From: Methanobacteriota archaeon
GTDB taxonomy: Archaea > Thermoplasmatota > Thermoplasmata > UBA10834
Assembly (NCBI GenBank): GCA_020347645.1
Contig: CP070736.1
Span: 105,788 to 169,787, forward strand
DNA length: 64,000 nt
Reading direction: 5' to 3'
The position numbers and the translations under genes are program-made. Shown in pieces: positions 1 to 9,658 of the stretch. Under the pieces are notes generated by a model. That model was given only the letters and a program-made list of their open reading frames with translations, was not told the origin of the DNA and did not search any database. Each line of letters opens with the position of its first letter. Position 1 is the first letter of the stretch.

Positions 1-23
1 CCGATATCGCGGAGCTGAACGGA

Positions 24-980
24 ATGCGTGCCGGGACCGTCGCTTCAGCTAGAAGGAGGGTTTTGGAGGCAGGAGCGCTCTTTTACGTCGGTATTCCGTC
101 GTTTCACAAGCTGGGCTGTGAGATGATCGCGTTTCACAAGGGGATATTGGACCCCGCGATATCTGATGAGGCAAAGACTTCGGACTACATGGCATTTTTC
201 AGGTCGTCGCCGGAGGTGTTTGATGCTATCATAGGATCTAATTCGGTAGTGTTCATGAGTGTCTTTCGGGATGCAACGGAGATGGAGAATCTTATGCTGC
301 GCCATAACCGGTTCTTTTCGGATAGAAGGAAGCCCTCCAAGGCGAGACTATCAACGACGACATTCCCCCACGGTATGTCGAAAGGGACATACACCTTGAA
401 CTTCGCTCCGTTAGTCCACAGATTTTTTGGCCTCGACTCACCTCGGCCAAATCCCAGACCACCCGTATCTTTCGAGGTGGTTGAATCCGACCTGAGCGAG
501 AATGAGAAGAAGGTGTTGATTGCCCTTGTCGAAAACCCTGCTGCGCCCGATCGCAAGATATCCTCTATAGTGAATCTCTCTCGTCAGGCAGTCACAAGAA
601 TACGACGCAAGCTCCAGGATGAAGAGTATTACACATTAACCTGTGTTCCGAGATTGTATAGGTGGGGGTTCGAAATGTTTTCTGCTATCCATGCTCGATT
701 CTCCGCAGACTTTGTCTGGAGCGATGTGTTCAATCTACAGCCAAAGGAATCGGTCGATTACTCCTTCTACTATCTCACCAAGCCAGGAGAGGCAGTTGCT
801 AACCACATGATTTCAACGTACCACGATTACACGCACGGCCTTGAGTCAAGCCTGGCATGGTATCACAAGAACAAGGCATTCGAGAGTGACCCAGACATCA
901 CTCTTATGGCACTCGAGCATTGCGTCGAGATGAAGACCTTCGAATTTGGCCCGCGTCTTCGAAACCTGCTCGCGGATTGA
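24..980 (+). CDS. Conserved hypothetical protein with a central winged-helix/HTH-like segment (possible DNA-binding regulator); may be 5'-partial at the window edge
   Basis: 318-aa ORF. Segment 'SENEKKVLIALVENPAAPDRKISSIVNLSRQAVTRIRRKL' resembles the recognition helix region of HTH regulators. No enzyme motifs. Confidence 0.35.
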   Translation: MRAGTVASARRRVLEAGALFYVGIPSFHKLGCEMIAFHKGILDPAISDEAKTSDYMAFFRSSPEVFDAIIGSNSVVFMSVFRDATEMENLMLRHNRFFSDRRKPSKARLSTTTFPHGMSKGTYTLNFAPLVHRFFGLDSPRPNPRPPVSFEVVESDLSENEKKVLIALVENPAAPDRKISSIVNLSRQAVTRIRRKLQDEEYYTLTCVPRLYRWGFEMFSAIHARFSADFVWSDVFNLQPKESVDYSFYYLTKPGEAVANHMISTYHDYTHGLESSLAWYHKNKAFESDPDITLMALEHCVEMKTFEFGPRLRNLLAD

Positions 981-1032
981 GATTCTAGAAAGGGAATGTG
1001 TTAATACGCATAATGCTAATTACGCCTGGTAG

Positions 1033-1452
1033 GTGGTCGGGTTGGACATCACTCCTCAGATGACCAGTAAATGGGTGAAAGCCGCATTTCTTATACTCGT
1101 CGGATTCGTCCTTCTCTTTTATTCGGATGGTTTTGTCGACGACCTTGAGCGAAATTCCGCAGACGAATTCGACATTTCATTCGAATGGACTTGGGACCTC
1201 CTACGAGTGCTCATATGGATACTCATAGCCTGGCTCTTCGTGGACGCAGTGCTCATCGTCGTCCTCAGTTTCAAAATACAGATATATTCCATCGACGACG
1301 TCGTCGCGAGATTGAAGGTCATAGAGAAGAAGCTGCAGCTTCAAGACGCGAGATTGTCTGCTATGGTGTCCGAGCCCGAACAAGAGATGTACTCCGCAGT
1401 AGAAGCAATAGAGGAAACGGACGAATTGGACCCCCCACCCCCCGTCGAATGA
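1033..1452 (+). CDS. Small membrane protein (2 predicted TM helices plus coiled-coil tail), hypothetical
   Basis: Hydrophobic stretches 'AAFLILVGFVLLFY' and 'LLRVLIWILIAWLFVDAVLIVVL' followed by a charged C-terminus. Confidence 0.3.
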   Translation: MVGLDITPQMTSKWVKAAFLILVGFVLLFYSDGFVDDLERNSADEFDISFEWTWDLLRVLIWILIAWLFVDAVLIVVLSFKIQIYSIDDVVARLKVIEKKLQLQDARLSAMVSEPEQEMYSAVEAIEETDELDPPPPVE

Positions 1453-1458
1453 GCGCCC

Positions 1459-3792
1459 TCATCTTCTTTTGGGCTTCTTCCTGGTCTCGACTTTCGCGTC
1501 CGGGGCCTTCTTCCGTTTCCCGGGGCAATCCATATTTATACAGAGAACCCAAGGCTTCCTATTGTTAGGCTGCCAGACTTTTATCACAGGCGCCGCACAA
1601 ACATCACATGCCTTTTCGGTTGGAACGATCTTCCCCTTCTGCGGCAACGGGTACATCTTTCTGCAGTCAGGATAGTTCGTGCAGCCGGCGAATCGCTTGC
1701 CCTTCCTCGACTGTATGGTAGTTATGTCGCCACCGCATTCCGGACACTTGCCTACGTGCCTCTGTTTCATGGCGCCCGAGCATTTTGGGTCTATGCACAG
1801 GACGGTTGGAGCCTGACCTTTGGCGACGGTCTTTATCTTGGGTGCGTTGCAGACGTCGCATGAAGCGTCCGCAGGCAATACCAGCATGCCGTGTGGAAGG
1901 GGATAGGTGTTTCTGCATTCCGGGTATGAAGAGCAGCCAGCGAAAATGTCGCCGCTCTTAGCCCTGATCTCTACAAGCTCGCCTACTTCGCACTTTGGAC
2001 AAGCCCCCAAGGAACGCTGTTTCCTGAGCGCTTTGCGAATGTCGTCGCCTATCTCCTTCTTGTTCCGTTCGAGGACGTCTATGATATCTTCCAGCATCGC
2101 CTGACTTTCCTCCAACACGTCAGGCTGCTCCCTTTCCCCCTTCGCAATTAGGTCCATCTCCACCTCAAGGTGGGAAGTCATCTTCGCATCCGTGATCTTG
2201 TACTCGTCATGCAGTTTCGCGTGGTCTTCCAGAGCGGATATGACCGCCGTTCCACTCTCCGTAGGTTCAATCCTGTGCCCCTTCACGAACCTGCGGTCGA
2301 ACAGTTTCTGAATGGCTTCATGACGGGTGCTCTTTGTGCCAAGGCCGATCTTCTCCATTTCCTGTACAAGCGTTCCCTGTGAGAATCTGGTTGGAGGTTT
2401 GGTCTTCTTCTCCGCCGACTGTATCTTCAGAACCTCCACTGCGTCGCCCGGTATGAGCCTGGGCAGAGCGACCTCGGTCACTCTGTAGTACGGATAGTAT
2501 TTTCTCCATCCAGGGGACAGTATCTCATTCCCTTCTGCAATGAATGATTCAGCCCCTATCGAGAGATCTACCTTGGTCTTCTTCACCTCACTCGAAGGCG
2601 CCAGCGTCGCAAGGAATCTCCTTACTACAAGCTCGTACACGGTCCATCTCGTCCCTTTCAGCTCCTTCTTGGTGGCGGCTTCCACTGGGTGAATGGGCGG
2701 ATGGTCTGTAGTGCTCGTTCTTCCCCTTGATGGACGAATCTCCTTCTGAGACAGTATTTCATTGACTTCATCAGCGAACTCGGATTCTCTGAGCTTCGCA
2801 AGTATATTCTTGAGTCCTAGCGATTTGGGATACACGGTGTTGTCCGTCCTTGGGTAGGATATGTATCCGTTCGTGTACAGGTCCTCGGCAACCTTCATCG
2901 CGCTGGCCGCCGTGAGCCCTCTCTTTGTGGCCTCGGCGAGGAACATGGTAGTGTTGAATGGCGGGGGTGGATACTCCTGCCTGATATTCTCGTCGACGCT
3001 TTCGACAACCGCCTGCTTCTCGCTCCTCGCTTTTGAGGCAGCGGCATGTGCTTCTTCCCTGTTGTCAAAGCGTCCATGCGCATGAGAAGCAGTGAATTGG
3101 CTGCCTCGCATGAGGCTCGCAGTGACAAGCCAATAGGGCGTTGGAACGAATTCCCTGATTGCCTTCTCCCTAGCGACTATGAGTGCCAGTGTCGGTGTCT
3201 GCACCCTGCCGACAGAAAGGAAATCGCTCCCCCGTTGCCCTGAGGCCAGCGACATGAACCGTGTGAGCGAGGCACCCCACGCGAGATCGATGTACTGTCT
3301 CGTTTCCGCAGCCGTCGCAAGCATGCGGTCAACCTCCACCAATTCGGAGAATGCACGTTCGATTTCGGCCTTGGTCAGCGCGCTGAACCTTGCTCTTCTG
3401 AGAGTGACCTCACTTTCGGCATGCTCGATGGCTTCGAGGCCTATCAGCTCTCCCTCTCTGTCGTAATCCGTAGCGATGATGATTTCGTCGGATTGCGAAG
3501 CGGCTTCACGCAGGGCTGTCATGATCTTCTTTGCGGAAGGGCTGACGCGCTTCTCGGGCTCCACGGAGACGAGTTTCAGCGGAGGGGTCTTCTCCCAATC
3601 GTTGTACTCTTCGGGATAGTCCAACTCAATTATGTGACCGCGGAGTCCAAGGACAGTATAATTGTCGGAATTCCTTGCGAAATCCAATACGGGCGTGCCC
3701 GCAATGGAACGTCTTTTGTATGTGCCATTTGAGAGTATGAGTGCGATCCTTCGCGCGGCATGATTCTTCTCACAGATGATGAGCCGACGCAT
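1459..3792 (-). CDS. topA: DNA topoisomerase I (type IA) with C-terminal Zn-ribbon repeats
   Basis: 777 aa. TOPRIM-like N-terminus 'MRRLIICEKNHAARRIALIL', and 'GYISYPRTDN' carrying the active-site Tyr motif. Multiple C4 zinc ribbons 'CPKCEVGEL...CSSYPEC', 'CDVCNAP...', 'CPECGGD..CTNYPDC' at the C-terminus. Confidence 0.9.
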   Translation of the reverse strand: MRRLIICEKNHAARRIALILSNGTYKRRSIAGTPVLDFARNSDNYTVLGLRGHIIELDYPEEYNDWEKTPPLKLVSVEPEKRVSPSAKKIMTALREAASQSDEIIIATDYDREGELIGLEAIEHAESEVTLRRARFSALTKAEIERAFSELVEVDRMLATAAETRQYIDLAWGASLTRFMSLASGQRGSDFLSVGRVQTPTLALIVAREKAIREFVPTPYWLVTASLMRGSQFTASHAHGRFDNREEAHAAASKARSEKQAVVESVDENIRQEYPPPPFNTTMFLAEATKRGLTAASAMKVAEDLYTNGYISYPRTDNTVYPKSLGLKNILAKLRESEFADEVNEILSQKEIRPSRGRTSTTDHPPIHPVEAATKKELKGTRWTVYELVVRRFLATLAPSSEVKKTKVDLSIGAESFIAEGNEILSPGWRKYYPYYRVTEVALPRLIPGDAVEVLKIQSAEKKTKPPTRFSQGTLVQEMEKIGLGTKSTRHEAIQKLFDRRFVKGHRIEPTESGTAVISALEDHAKLHDEYKITDAKMTSHLEVEMDLIAKGEREQPDVLEESQAMLEDIIDVLERNKKEIGDDIRKALRKQRSLGACPKCEVGELVEIRAKSGDIFAGCSSYPECRNTYPLPHGMLVLPADASCDVCNAPKIKTVAKGQAPTVLCIDPKCSGAMKQRHVGKCPECGGDITTIQSRKGKRFAGCTNYPDCRKMYPLPQKGKIVPTEKACDVCAAPVIKVWQPNNRKPWVLCINMDCPGKRKKAPDAKVETRKKPKRR

Positions 3793-3881
3793 CTCTGGCA
3801 GGATGATTGGGGACTTATATAATTATGATGGACACTGCAGAAGCGCGAGGCTGGCGACGACCAGGGTGTGTTACACCCTGG

Positions 3882-5177
3882 TCACCATCGTTTCCTGCGA
3901 AGGTCCAACAACTCTCGTCGTCGTCTGCCGAGGCCGAGCAGAGAAACAGGAACGCCGGATTCTCTCTCGATGAACCGTACATACTCTCTGAGGCTCTTCG
4001 GCAGACGGGTGAATCCTCCGCAAAGTACGGACTTCAGCCGGGCGGGCCCTAGTTCGTCCCATCCCTCGAAGGACTCGTACGCCGGCCTGCATCTTTCCAT
4101 CGCTTTCAGGTCGGAAGGAATCCGTGTTAGCTTCTTTCCATCGAGTCTGTAATGCGTGCACACCTTGACTTCGTCCAATCCGCCAAGCACATCGATTTTC
4201 GTCATTGCCAGGCTTGAGAAGTCGTTCAGGGAATTGGCGTATCGCAGCGCTACGAGGTCCAGCCATCCACATCGTCTGCTTCGACCAGTAGTCGTTCCGT
4301 ACTCGTTCCCCATCTCCACTATGCGGTCATGCAGCTCGTCGTGAATCTCCGAAGGAAACGGTCCTGCACCTACGCGCGTTGTATATGCCTTCGTCACCCC
4401 GAACACTTCTCCAAGCGCAGTCGGCCTGATTCCCGAGCCTGAAGCCACGTTGCCGCTGGTGGTTGTGGATGATGTGACAAAAGGGTAGGTTCCGTGGTCG
4501 ATGTCCAACATCGTTCCCTGCGCGCCTTCGAAGAGGATCTTCTTGTCCTTCGAAAGCGCTGTGTCCAAAATGGCCCCGGTATCCGTGATATAAGGTTTCA
4601 GCAAACGCCCTTGCTCGATCAATTCTGCGGTAGCCGTTTTTGCGTCAACAACTTCTTTGGTTCCGAACGCCCGCAGCATTTTGTTCTTAATGGGAATGAG
4701 TAATTCGAGTCTCTCCTTCAGAGCACTCTCGTCGGCAAGATCTCCCATCCGTATCCCGAGTCTCGAGACCTTGTCCGAGTAGGCAGGACCTATCCCTCTG
4801 CCCGTGGTCCCGACCCTGGCGCTCTTTCGCAGTCGTTCCTCCGCTCCGTCGAGAAGCCTATGATAGGGCATGATTACATGAGCTCTTTCACTTATCCTGA
4901 GGTTCTTGACGGACTTGCCCCTTCGCGTGAGGTTGTTTATCTCATCCAACAGGACGCCAGGGTCTATGACAACGCCGTTTCCGATCACTGCGAGCTTGCC
5001 TGCTCGAATGATTCCTGACGGTAGATGATGCATCTTGTACAGCTCTTCGCCCACCTTGACGCTGTGGCCAGCGTTGTTGCCTCCCTGGAAACGGACGACG
5101 ACGTCGGCCTCGGCAGCGAGGAAGTCTACGATCTTGCCCTTGCCCTCATCACCCCACTGCGCCCCTATGACTGCCAT
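3882..5177 (-). CDS. purA: Adenylosuccinate synthetase
   Basis: N-terminus 'MAVIGAQWGDEGKGKIVD' (P-loop of AdSS), plus 'GTTGRGIGPAY' and 'TKIDVL' motifs. The ORF extends to 5186; the start is probably at the internal Met. Confidence 0.9.
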   Translation of the reverse strand: MAVIGAQWGDEGKGKIVDFLAAEADVVVRFQGGNNAGHSVKVGEELYKMHHLPSGIIRAGKLAVIGNGVVIDPGVLLDEINNLTRRGKSVKNLRISERAHVIMPYHRLLDGAEERLRKSARVGTTGRGIGPAYSDKVSRLGIRMGDLADESALKERLELLIPIKNKMLRAFGTKEVVDAKTATAELIEQGRLLKPYITDTGAILDTALSKDKKILFEGAQGTMLDIDHGTYPFVTSSTTTSGNVASGSGIRPTALGEVFGVTKAYTTRVGAGPFPSEIHDELHDRIVEMGNEYGTTTGRSRRCGWLDLVALRYANSLNDFSSLAMTKIDVLGGLDEVKVCTHYRLDGKKLTRIPSDLKAMERCRPAYESFEGWDELGPARLKSVLCGGFTRLPKSLREYVRFIERESGVPVSLLGLGRRRRELLDLRRKRW

Positions 5178-5246
5178 TGTTGGCATGTTACCGGCTCGTC
5201 ATGACCAGATTCACTATTAAAACTTCTGAATCAAACCCCATAGTCG

Positions 5247-6371
5247 CTAGCGTGTGGACACAATCTCGAACAGCTCTATCAGTTCGCCTATTGGCATGTC
5301 CGTCTTAAACCCCTTCGGGTCAAAGTCCGTCCTTGAGGAGTGCGCTCCGCTGCTTTGCAGTCGTTGGACGAGGTGCGAGAGTTTCGGCGGATGCCTCTTA
5401 GTGTGTTTCGCCAGTTCATCGACTCGATAATACAGGGCAGGCGCTCCGATTTCGCCTCGCCATAATTCTATCGCTTTCTCGCACCGTCGACGCGTTCCAA
5501 GCGATTCGTCAGATGTCATCAAGGTCAAGACTTCAGGAGAGTGAAGACTCCCAACCCAGAGCGGTCCGGCAAGCGTATCCGACGTGCGTGATGGTCGTTG
5601 CGGAACGATCCCGCGTTGCAGAGTCTTTGGATCATAGAAGGCGAAGCCGAGCTCCTCCAATGACCTGTCCGCTCGCCGGGCACCTTTGCGCATTCTTACA
5701 TGGCATCTGAAGTAGTGGTCAGCATAAAAGCAGAGTATCGGTTCGCAACCCCTTTCATGCTTTGCCGCCTCCCTCGCGATCCAGCCTAAGAGTATCCTGA
5801 GCCCGGTCTCACGGGAGAACGGAGAACGGGCGGATATAGCGCCATACCTGCGAGCGCAAGTTCTCGGATACGTTCCGGAAAGTGGTGCGGTGTCCGTTGC
5901 CGTTACGGCGAGGATGCCCTCGTTGCGACAGCTCTGTATCGCCGCGTCGACGTATCTGACGGGTGTGCCGAAAGGATCAATGTCGATGTAGTCGAAACTC
6001 TCCTCCGATAAAAGGGCTCCTAGATCTCTGCAGTAGACTACTGCGTCATCGATGTCGTTTGCCCGCGCATTCTTGCGGATGAGGGCTGCTGCGCGATGGC
6101 TCCTGTCGTTTAGGAAGAGCCTGCCACCGGAGCCGCACTCCTTCGCCATCCTAAGCCCCCTGGCCCCCGAAGCCGCAAGTCCGTCCAAGATACGCCAGTT
6201 TGCCTTTAGCACTATTCTTCCGAGCAGCACCGAGATGTCTCTGCTGAACTCCATCTGTCTGTTGTAGAATACTTCCTCAGTCGATCTTCCCGGCCCTTTC
6301 CTGCAGAAGTCGGCGGGAACCATCAGGTCCGTCGTACCCTCGCGGACTTTAACGAGTTGTGAGCGGTTCAC
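5247..6371 (-). CDS. trm1: tRNA (guanine26-N2)-dimethyltransferase Trm1
   Basis: 374 aa. Class I SAM-MTase core 'LDGLAASGARGLRMA' and 'DIDPFGTP', typical of archaeal Trm1. Confidence 0.8.
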   Translation of the reverse strand: MNRSQLVKVREGTTDLMVPADFCRKGPGRSTEEVFYNRQMEFSRDISVLLGRIVLKANWRILDGLAASGARGLRMAKECGSGGRLFLNDRSHRAAALIRKNARANDIDDAVVYCRDLGALLSEESFDYIDIDPFGTPVRYVDAAIQSCRNEGILAVTATDTAPLSGTYPRTCARRYGAISARSPFSRETGLRILLGWIAREAAKHERGCEPILCFYADHYFRCHVRMRKGARRADRSLEELGFAFYDPKTLQRGIVPQRPSRTSDTLAGPLWVGSLHSPEVLTLMTSDESLGTRRRCEKAIELWRGEIGAPALYYRVDELAKHTKRHPPKLSHLVQRLQSSGAHSSRTDFDPKGFKTDMPIGELIELFEIVSTR

Positions 6372-6913
6372 AGATATTCGCCTTTCATCAGCTTCATTAT
6401 CTTGTAGGGCAAGAGGTTTCTGTTGATAGGCGTTACCTCCAATATCCTAACATCGTCCCTCCTTCGGATGTCTTGGAGGAGGGGATTTCTCGATTTCTTA
6501 TGCAGCGTGAGGATCATGGGCTTGCTCGCTTCCATAGCCTCCTTCACGGCTTTGACGAATCTACTGGATTCAACCTCCATCTTACCCACTTCGTCGATCA
6601 CGATGACGTCGGCGTTGTTGCTCGCATCGACCAGCGCCTCGACCCCAACGGTGTCCAGGGATTCGAGGTTGACTCCGTACTTGCCAACATAGAACTTCGA
6701 TTCCGTGTCGATGTGGGCGAAAACCGCTTTCTTCTTAGTCCGCCAGTCCATAACGTAGAATCCTACCCTCTTGCCGTTCTCGATAATGGGTTCGGTTATC
6801 ATTCCTCCCACAACGAGTCCTTCATCCTCCAGCATCTCGATGACTTTGACGAGAGCTTGAGTCTTGCCAGCTCCGGGCAGCCCAGTGATGCCGACCTTGA
6901 TTCCTCTCGCCAT
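6368..6913 (-). CDS. Nucleoside-triphosphatase, THEP1/NTPase family
   Basis: 181 aa. Walker A 'GLPGAGKTQ' and Walker B 'VIVIDEVGKME'. Size and architecture match the archaeal THEP1 NTPase. Confidence 0.75.
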   Translation of the reverse strand: MARGIKVGITGLPGAGKTQALVKVIEMLEDEGLVVGGMITEPIIENGKRVGFYVMDWRTKKKAVFAHIDTESKFYVGKYGVNLESLDTVGVEALVDASNNADVIVIDEVGKMEVESSRFVKAVKEAMEASKPMILTLHKKSRNPLLQDIRRRDDVRILEVTPINRNLLPYKIMKLMKGEYL

Positions 6914-7035
6914 GGTTTCACCTAGAGAACAGAGTGCTGGCCATGGTATGGCATTTCAAATATATAATGTGTGTCATAAATGTTCCGCCAACTGTATTTG
7001 AACAGCCACCGTCGCCTGTAGCTCGAATGCAGTGC

Positions 7036-7467
7036 TCATATGCTATCGATCCTTTCTATGAACATCAGTGGATAGTTCATCTGCTCAACCAGCTTCATTC
7101 TGGCCTTCACCCTGCTTGTTCGGTAGCTCACGACGAGATCAACGTCCAGCATATCCCCCGTGAGCGACAGATAATCGAACTCACCCTTTTTCGTCTTCAA
7201 TCTGGATCTGTCTATGCGTACTTCGACGCTCTCGACAAAGGGCTGTACTTTGCACCCCTCCTCAATCGCCTTCTCGAGCGTCTCAACATTATCGGCGCTG
7301 ACGGGAACTCCGACGAATTGGTGGTATATGGTGCCCATCTTTATACCCGCCTCGAAAGCCGCCCGTTCCGAGTCGCTGCATCCGAAATAGCCATCAGCGG
7401 CCTCTTCTCGTGAATCACTCATGCACTGTCCTCCCGGCTCGGGTTGTCGCGGTTCCAGCCAGGCCAA
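7036..7467 (-). CDS. Conserved archaeal protein, possibly MptD-like (archaeal dihydroneopterin aldolase family)
   Basis: Motif 'ERAAFEAGIKMGTIYHQFVGVPV' resembles small archaeal MptD/DUF-type proteins. Preferred over the overlapping plus-strand ORF 6934..7413, which looks compositionally random. Confidence 0.4.
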   Translation of the reverse strand: MAWLEPRQPEPGGQCMSDSREEAADGYFGCSDSERAAFEAGIKMGTIYHQFVGVPVSADNVETLEKAIEEGCKVQPFVESVEVRIDRSRLKTKKGEFDYLSLTGDMLDVDLVVSYRTSRVKARMKLVEQMNYPLMFIERIDSI

Positions 7468-7585
7468 TCGCGTTGGCGGTACGTGAAATCGCTCTATTTA
7501 ATGGTTGGTCGGCAGTCGTCGTGGCAGCGAGGCAGTATCACTGTTTCCAAGCAAGGTCGTCTCACTCCTTATCTCGAGATTCATC

Positions 7586-8236
7586 TCATAGGAGGAGCAT
7601 CTTCGCATCCACGACGACAACGCCTCTTTCCTTGACAAACACCGGGTTGAGGTCCATCTGATCGAGATCGTCCATGTATTTCACACCGAGGGCTGAGACC
7701 TTCATCAGCAGGTTCAACAGGGCGTGCCTATCGACCTTGATTCTGCGAAACCCTTCGAGTATTGGTGCCGCCCTTATCTCGCTCAGCATCTCCTCGGCGT
7801 CACCCTCCTTTATCGGCACCACCCTGAAGGTCACGTCTTTGTAGACCTCGGTGTAAATGCCTCCGAGGCCGAACATGATCGTGAGGCCGAAAGTGGGGTC
7901 GTTGATGAGGCCAATAATCACCTCCACTCTCCTGTCCTGCATGGACTCCACGAGGATTTGCTCCTTGGCGAACCTTCTTCTCATCTCGGAGAACTCATGT
8001 TCGAGCTCGTCCTTCTGGATGTCGAGCACCACTCCCGCGACATCGGTCTTGTGGAGGATGTCTGGGGAGCACACCTTGATGACCACCGGGAACCTGAGCT
8101 TCTTGAGGTTGATGTCGGCGAAGTCATCCACGACCTGAAAGTCGGTTGTAGGTATTCCAGACTCGCGAAGCAGCATCTTTACCTCGTTCTCCGCAAGGGC
8201 CTTTCGTCCCTCCTTGAGAACAGATTCCACTATCAC
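7586..8236 (-). CDS. acdB: Acetyl-CoA synthetase (ADP-forming) beta subunit (ATP-grasp domain)
   Basis: 216 aa. ATP-grasp fold 'FPVVIKVCSPDILHKTDVAGVVLD' and 'LVESMQDRRVEVIIGLINDPTFG'. The partner alpha subunit is at 17237..18643. Confidence 0.75.
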   Translation of the reverse strand: MIVESVLKEGRKALAENEVKMLLRESGIPTTDFQVVDDFADINLKKLRFPVVIKVCSPDILHKTDVAGVVLDIQKDELEHEFSEMRRRFAKEQILVESMQDRRVEVIIGLINDPTFGLTIMFGLGGIYTEVYKDVTFRVVPIKEGDAEEMLSEIRAAPILEGFRRIKVDRHALLNLLMKVSALGVKYMDDLDQMDLNPVFVKERGVVVVDAKMLLL

Positions 8237-8274
8237 GCATCTCCCCTCTCCGCTCGCTATCTACATGGACCGCC

Positions 8275-8853
8275 TTAATCCTTCTCCTTTCCGTGGATCG
8301 CTTCCTTCCCGAGCTTGCTGCCGATGCTTAACGCCCTCTTGTTGAGGTCGAAGGTCGCCTTTGGCACGATATCGAGCATGGCCTTCTCGAGGGCGTCGTA
8401 GCTGACGACATTGGAAATCTCCCTCATCGCGCCCAACATGACGACATTCGCCACGACTCTGGTGCCCAGGTCCTCTGCGGACCTTGTAGCCCTTATTCGA
8501 TACACGTGACCTCCCGGTCTCTTGGGAACAAGATCCGGATCCAGCAATATCTTTGTCTCTGGCTTGATATCGCTGATGTACTTCTCATAGGCCTGACGTG
8601 ACATTATCACCAAATAGTCTGGGATTTCGACGAAAGGGTAATGCATTTCCTCTGTAGATATCTTCACATCACACTTCGAGTGCCCGCCCCTCGCTGACGG
8701 GCCATATGATTGAGTTTGGATGGCGCTCTTGCGTTTGATCTTCCCATCGCCTCCTGTCGGTTGATCGTGAAGGGCCGCTGCACGAGCTAGTGCTATGCCC
8801 ATCAGTATGACGCCCTGCCCTCCGAATCCAGTGAATCTAATGCCCATCTCCAT
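8275..8853 (-). CDS. korG: 2-oxoacid:ferredoxin oxidoreductase gamma subunit (KOR/VOR-type cluster)
   Basis: 192 aa, 'FTGFGGQGVILMGIALA', the typical gamma-subunit N-terminus. Last gene of a delta-alpha-beta-gamma cluster. Confidence 0.8.
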   Translation of the reverse strand: MEMGIRFTGFGGQGVILMGIALARAAALHDQPTGGDGKIKRKSAIQTQSYGPSARGGHSKCDVKISTEEMHYPFVEIPDYLVIMSRQAYEKYISDIKPETKILLDPDLVPKRPGGHVYRIRATRSAEDLGTRVVANVVMLGAMREISNVVSYDALEKAMLDIVPKATFDLNKRALSIGSKLGKEAIHGKEKD

Positions 8854-9658
8854 GTGACGATCCTCCCGTTCGCTCGTGATAGCACTCTCGCTCCCTGCTC
8901 ACGAACTCGCCCGTGGTTATCTGTCCTGCAAGGTTCAGATCGACGTGGTCCACCGCGGCCGCTCGCGCCTTGTCCCTTCGTACGGAACTCTCCTTGAACC
9001 ATTCGAGCAGCGCTGACGGGTCCGCCATCTTGTTCCTCCTGCCGAAGTTTGTGGGACACTGCGACACTACCTCGATGAAGTTGAATCCCTTCTTGTTCAG
9101 CGAGGCGACGATCGATTTCGTCAGCTCGTGGACATGTCTCGTCGTCCATCTGGCGACGTAGTTCGCGCCTGCTGCGACAGCTATCTCAGCCAGGTCAAAC
9201 GGATACTCCCTGTTGCCCCGGGGAGTTGTTGTCGATATGTACTCGTGCGGCGTTGTGATGGATGCCTGTCCTCCTGTCATGCCATATATGTTGTTGTTTA
9301 TGCAGATGACATCGAGATCGACGTTCCTTCGGCAGCCGTTTATGAAGTGGTTGCCTCCAATTGCGCCTAGGTCGCCATCGCCCGTGAACACAACCACGTC
9401 CAGTTCCGGCCTAGAGAGCTTTATGCCCGTCGCGAAGGCGATCGCCCGTCCGTGGGTCGTGTGGATGGCATCTGAATTTATGTACAAGGGTATTCTCGAA
9501 GAACATCCGATGCCGCTTACGAAGACCGTGTTGTCGAGTTTCCATCCGACCTTGTCGAACGCTCTGAAGAAGCAGTTCATGACCGTGCCGTTGCCGCAGC
9601 CTGGACAGAATACGTGGGGCCATTGATCCTTTCTGTAGAAATCGAATATGTCCATCAT
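8837..9658 (-). CDS. korB: 2-oxoacid:ferredoxin oxidoreductase beta subunit (TPP-binding)
   Basis: 'WCPGCGNG' cysteine motif and TPP-binding 'GDGD...GGNHF'; 273 aa. Confidence 0.85.
   Translation of the reverse strand: MMDIFDFYRKDQWPHVFCPGCGNGTVMNCFFRAFDKVGWKLDNTVFVSGIGCSSRIPLYINSDAIHTTHGRAIAFATGIKLSRPELDVVVFTGDGDLGAIGGNHFINGCRRNVDLDVICINNNIYGMTGGQASITTPHEYISTTTPRGNREYPFDLAEIAVAAGANYVARWTTRHVHELTKSIVASLNKKGFNFIEVVSQCPTNFGRRNKMADPSALLEWFKESSVRRDKARAAAVDHVDLNLAGQITTGEFVSRERECYHERTGGSSHGDGH

Noticed and set aside
6934-7413. Plus-strand 159-aa ORF overlapping the minus-strand MptD-like gene.
   Set aside because: The minus-strand product has a conserved-looking motif (FEAGIKMGTIYHQFVGVPV). The plus-strand translation is compositionally random.
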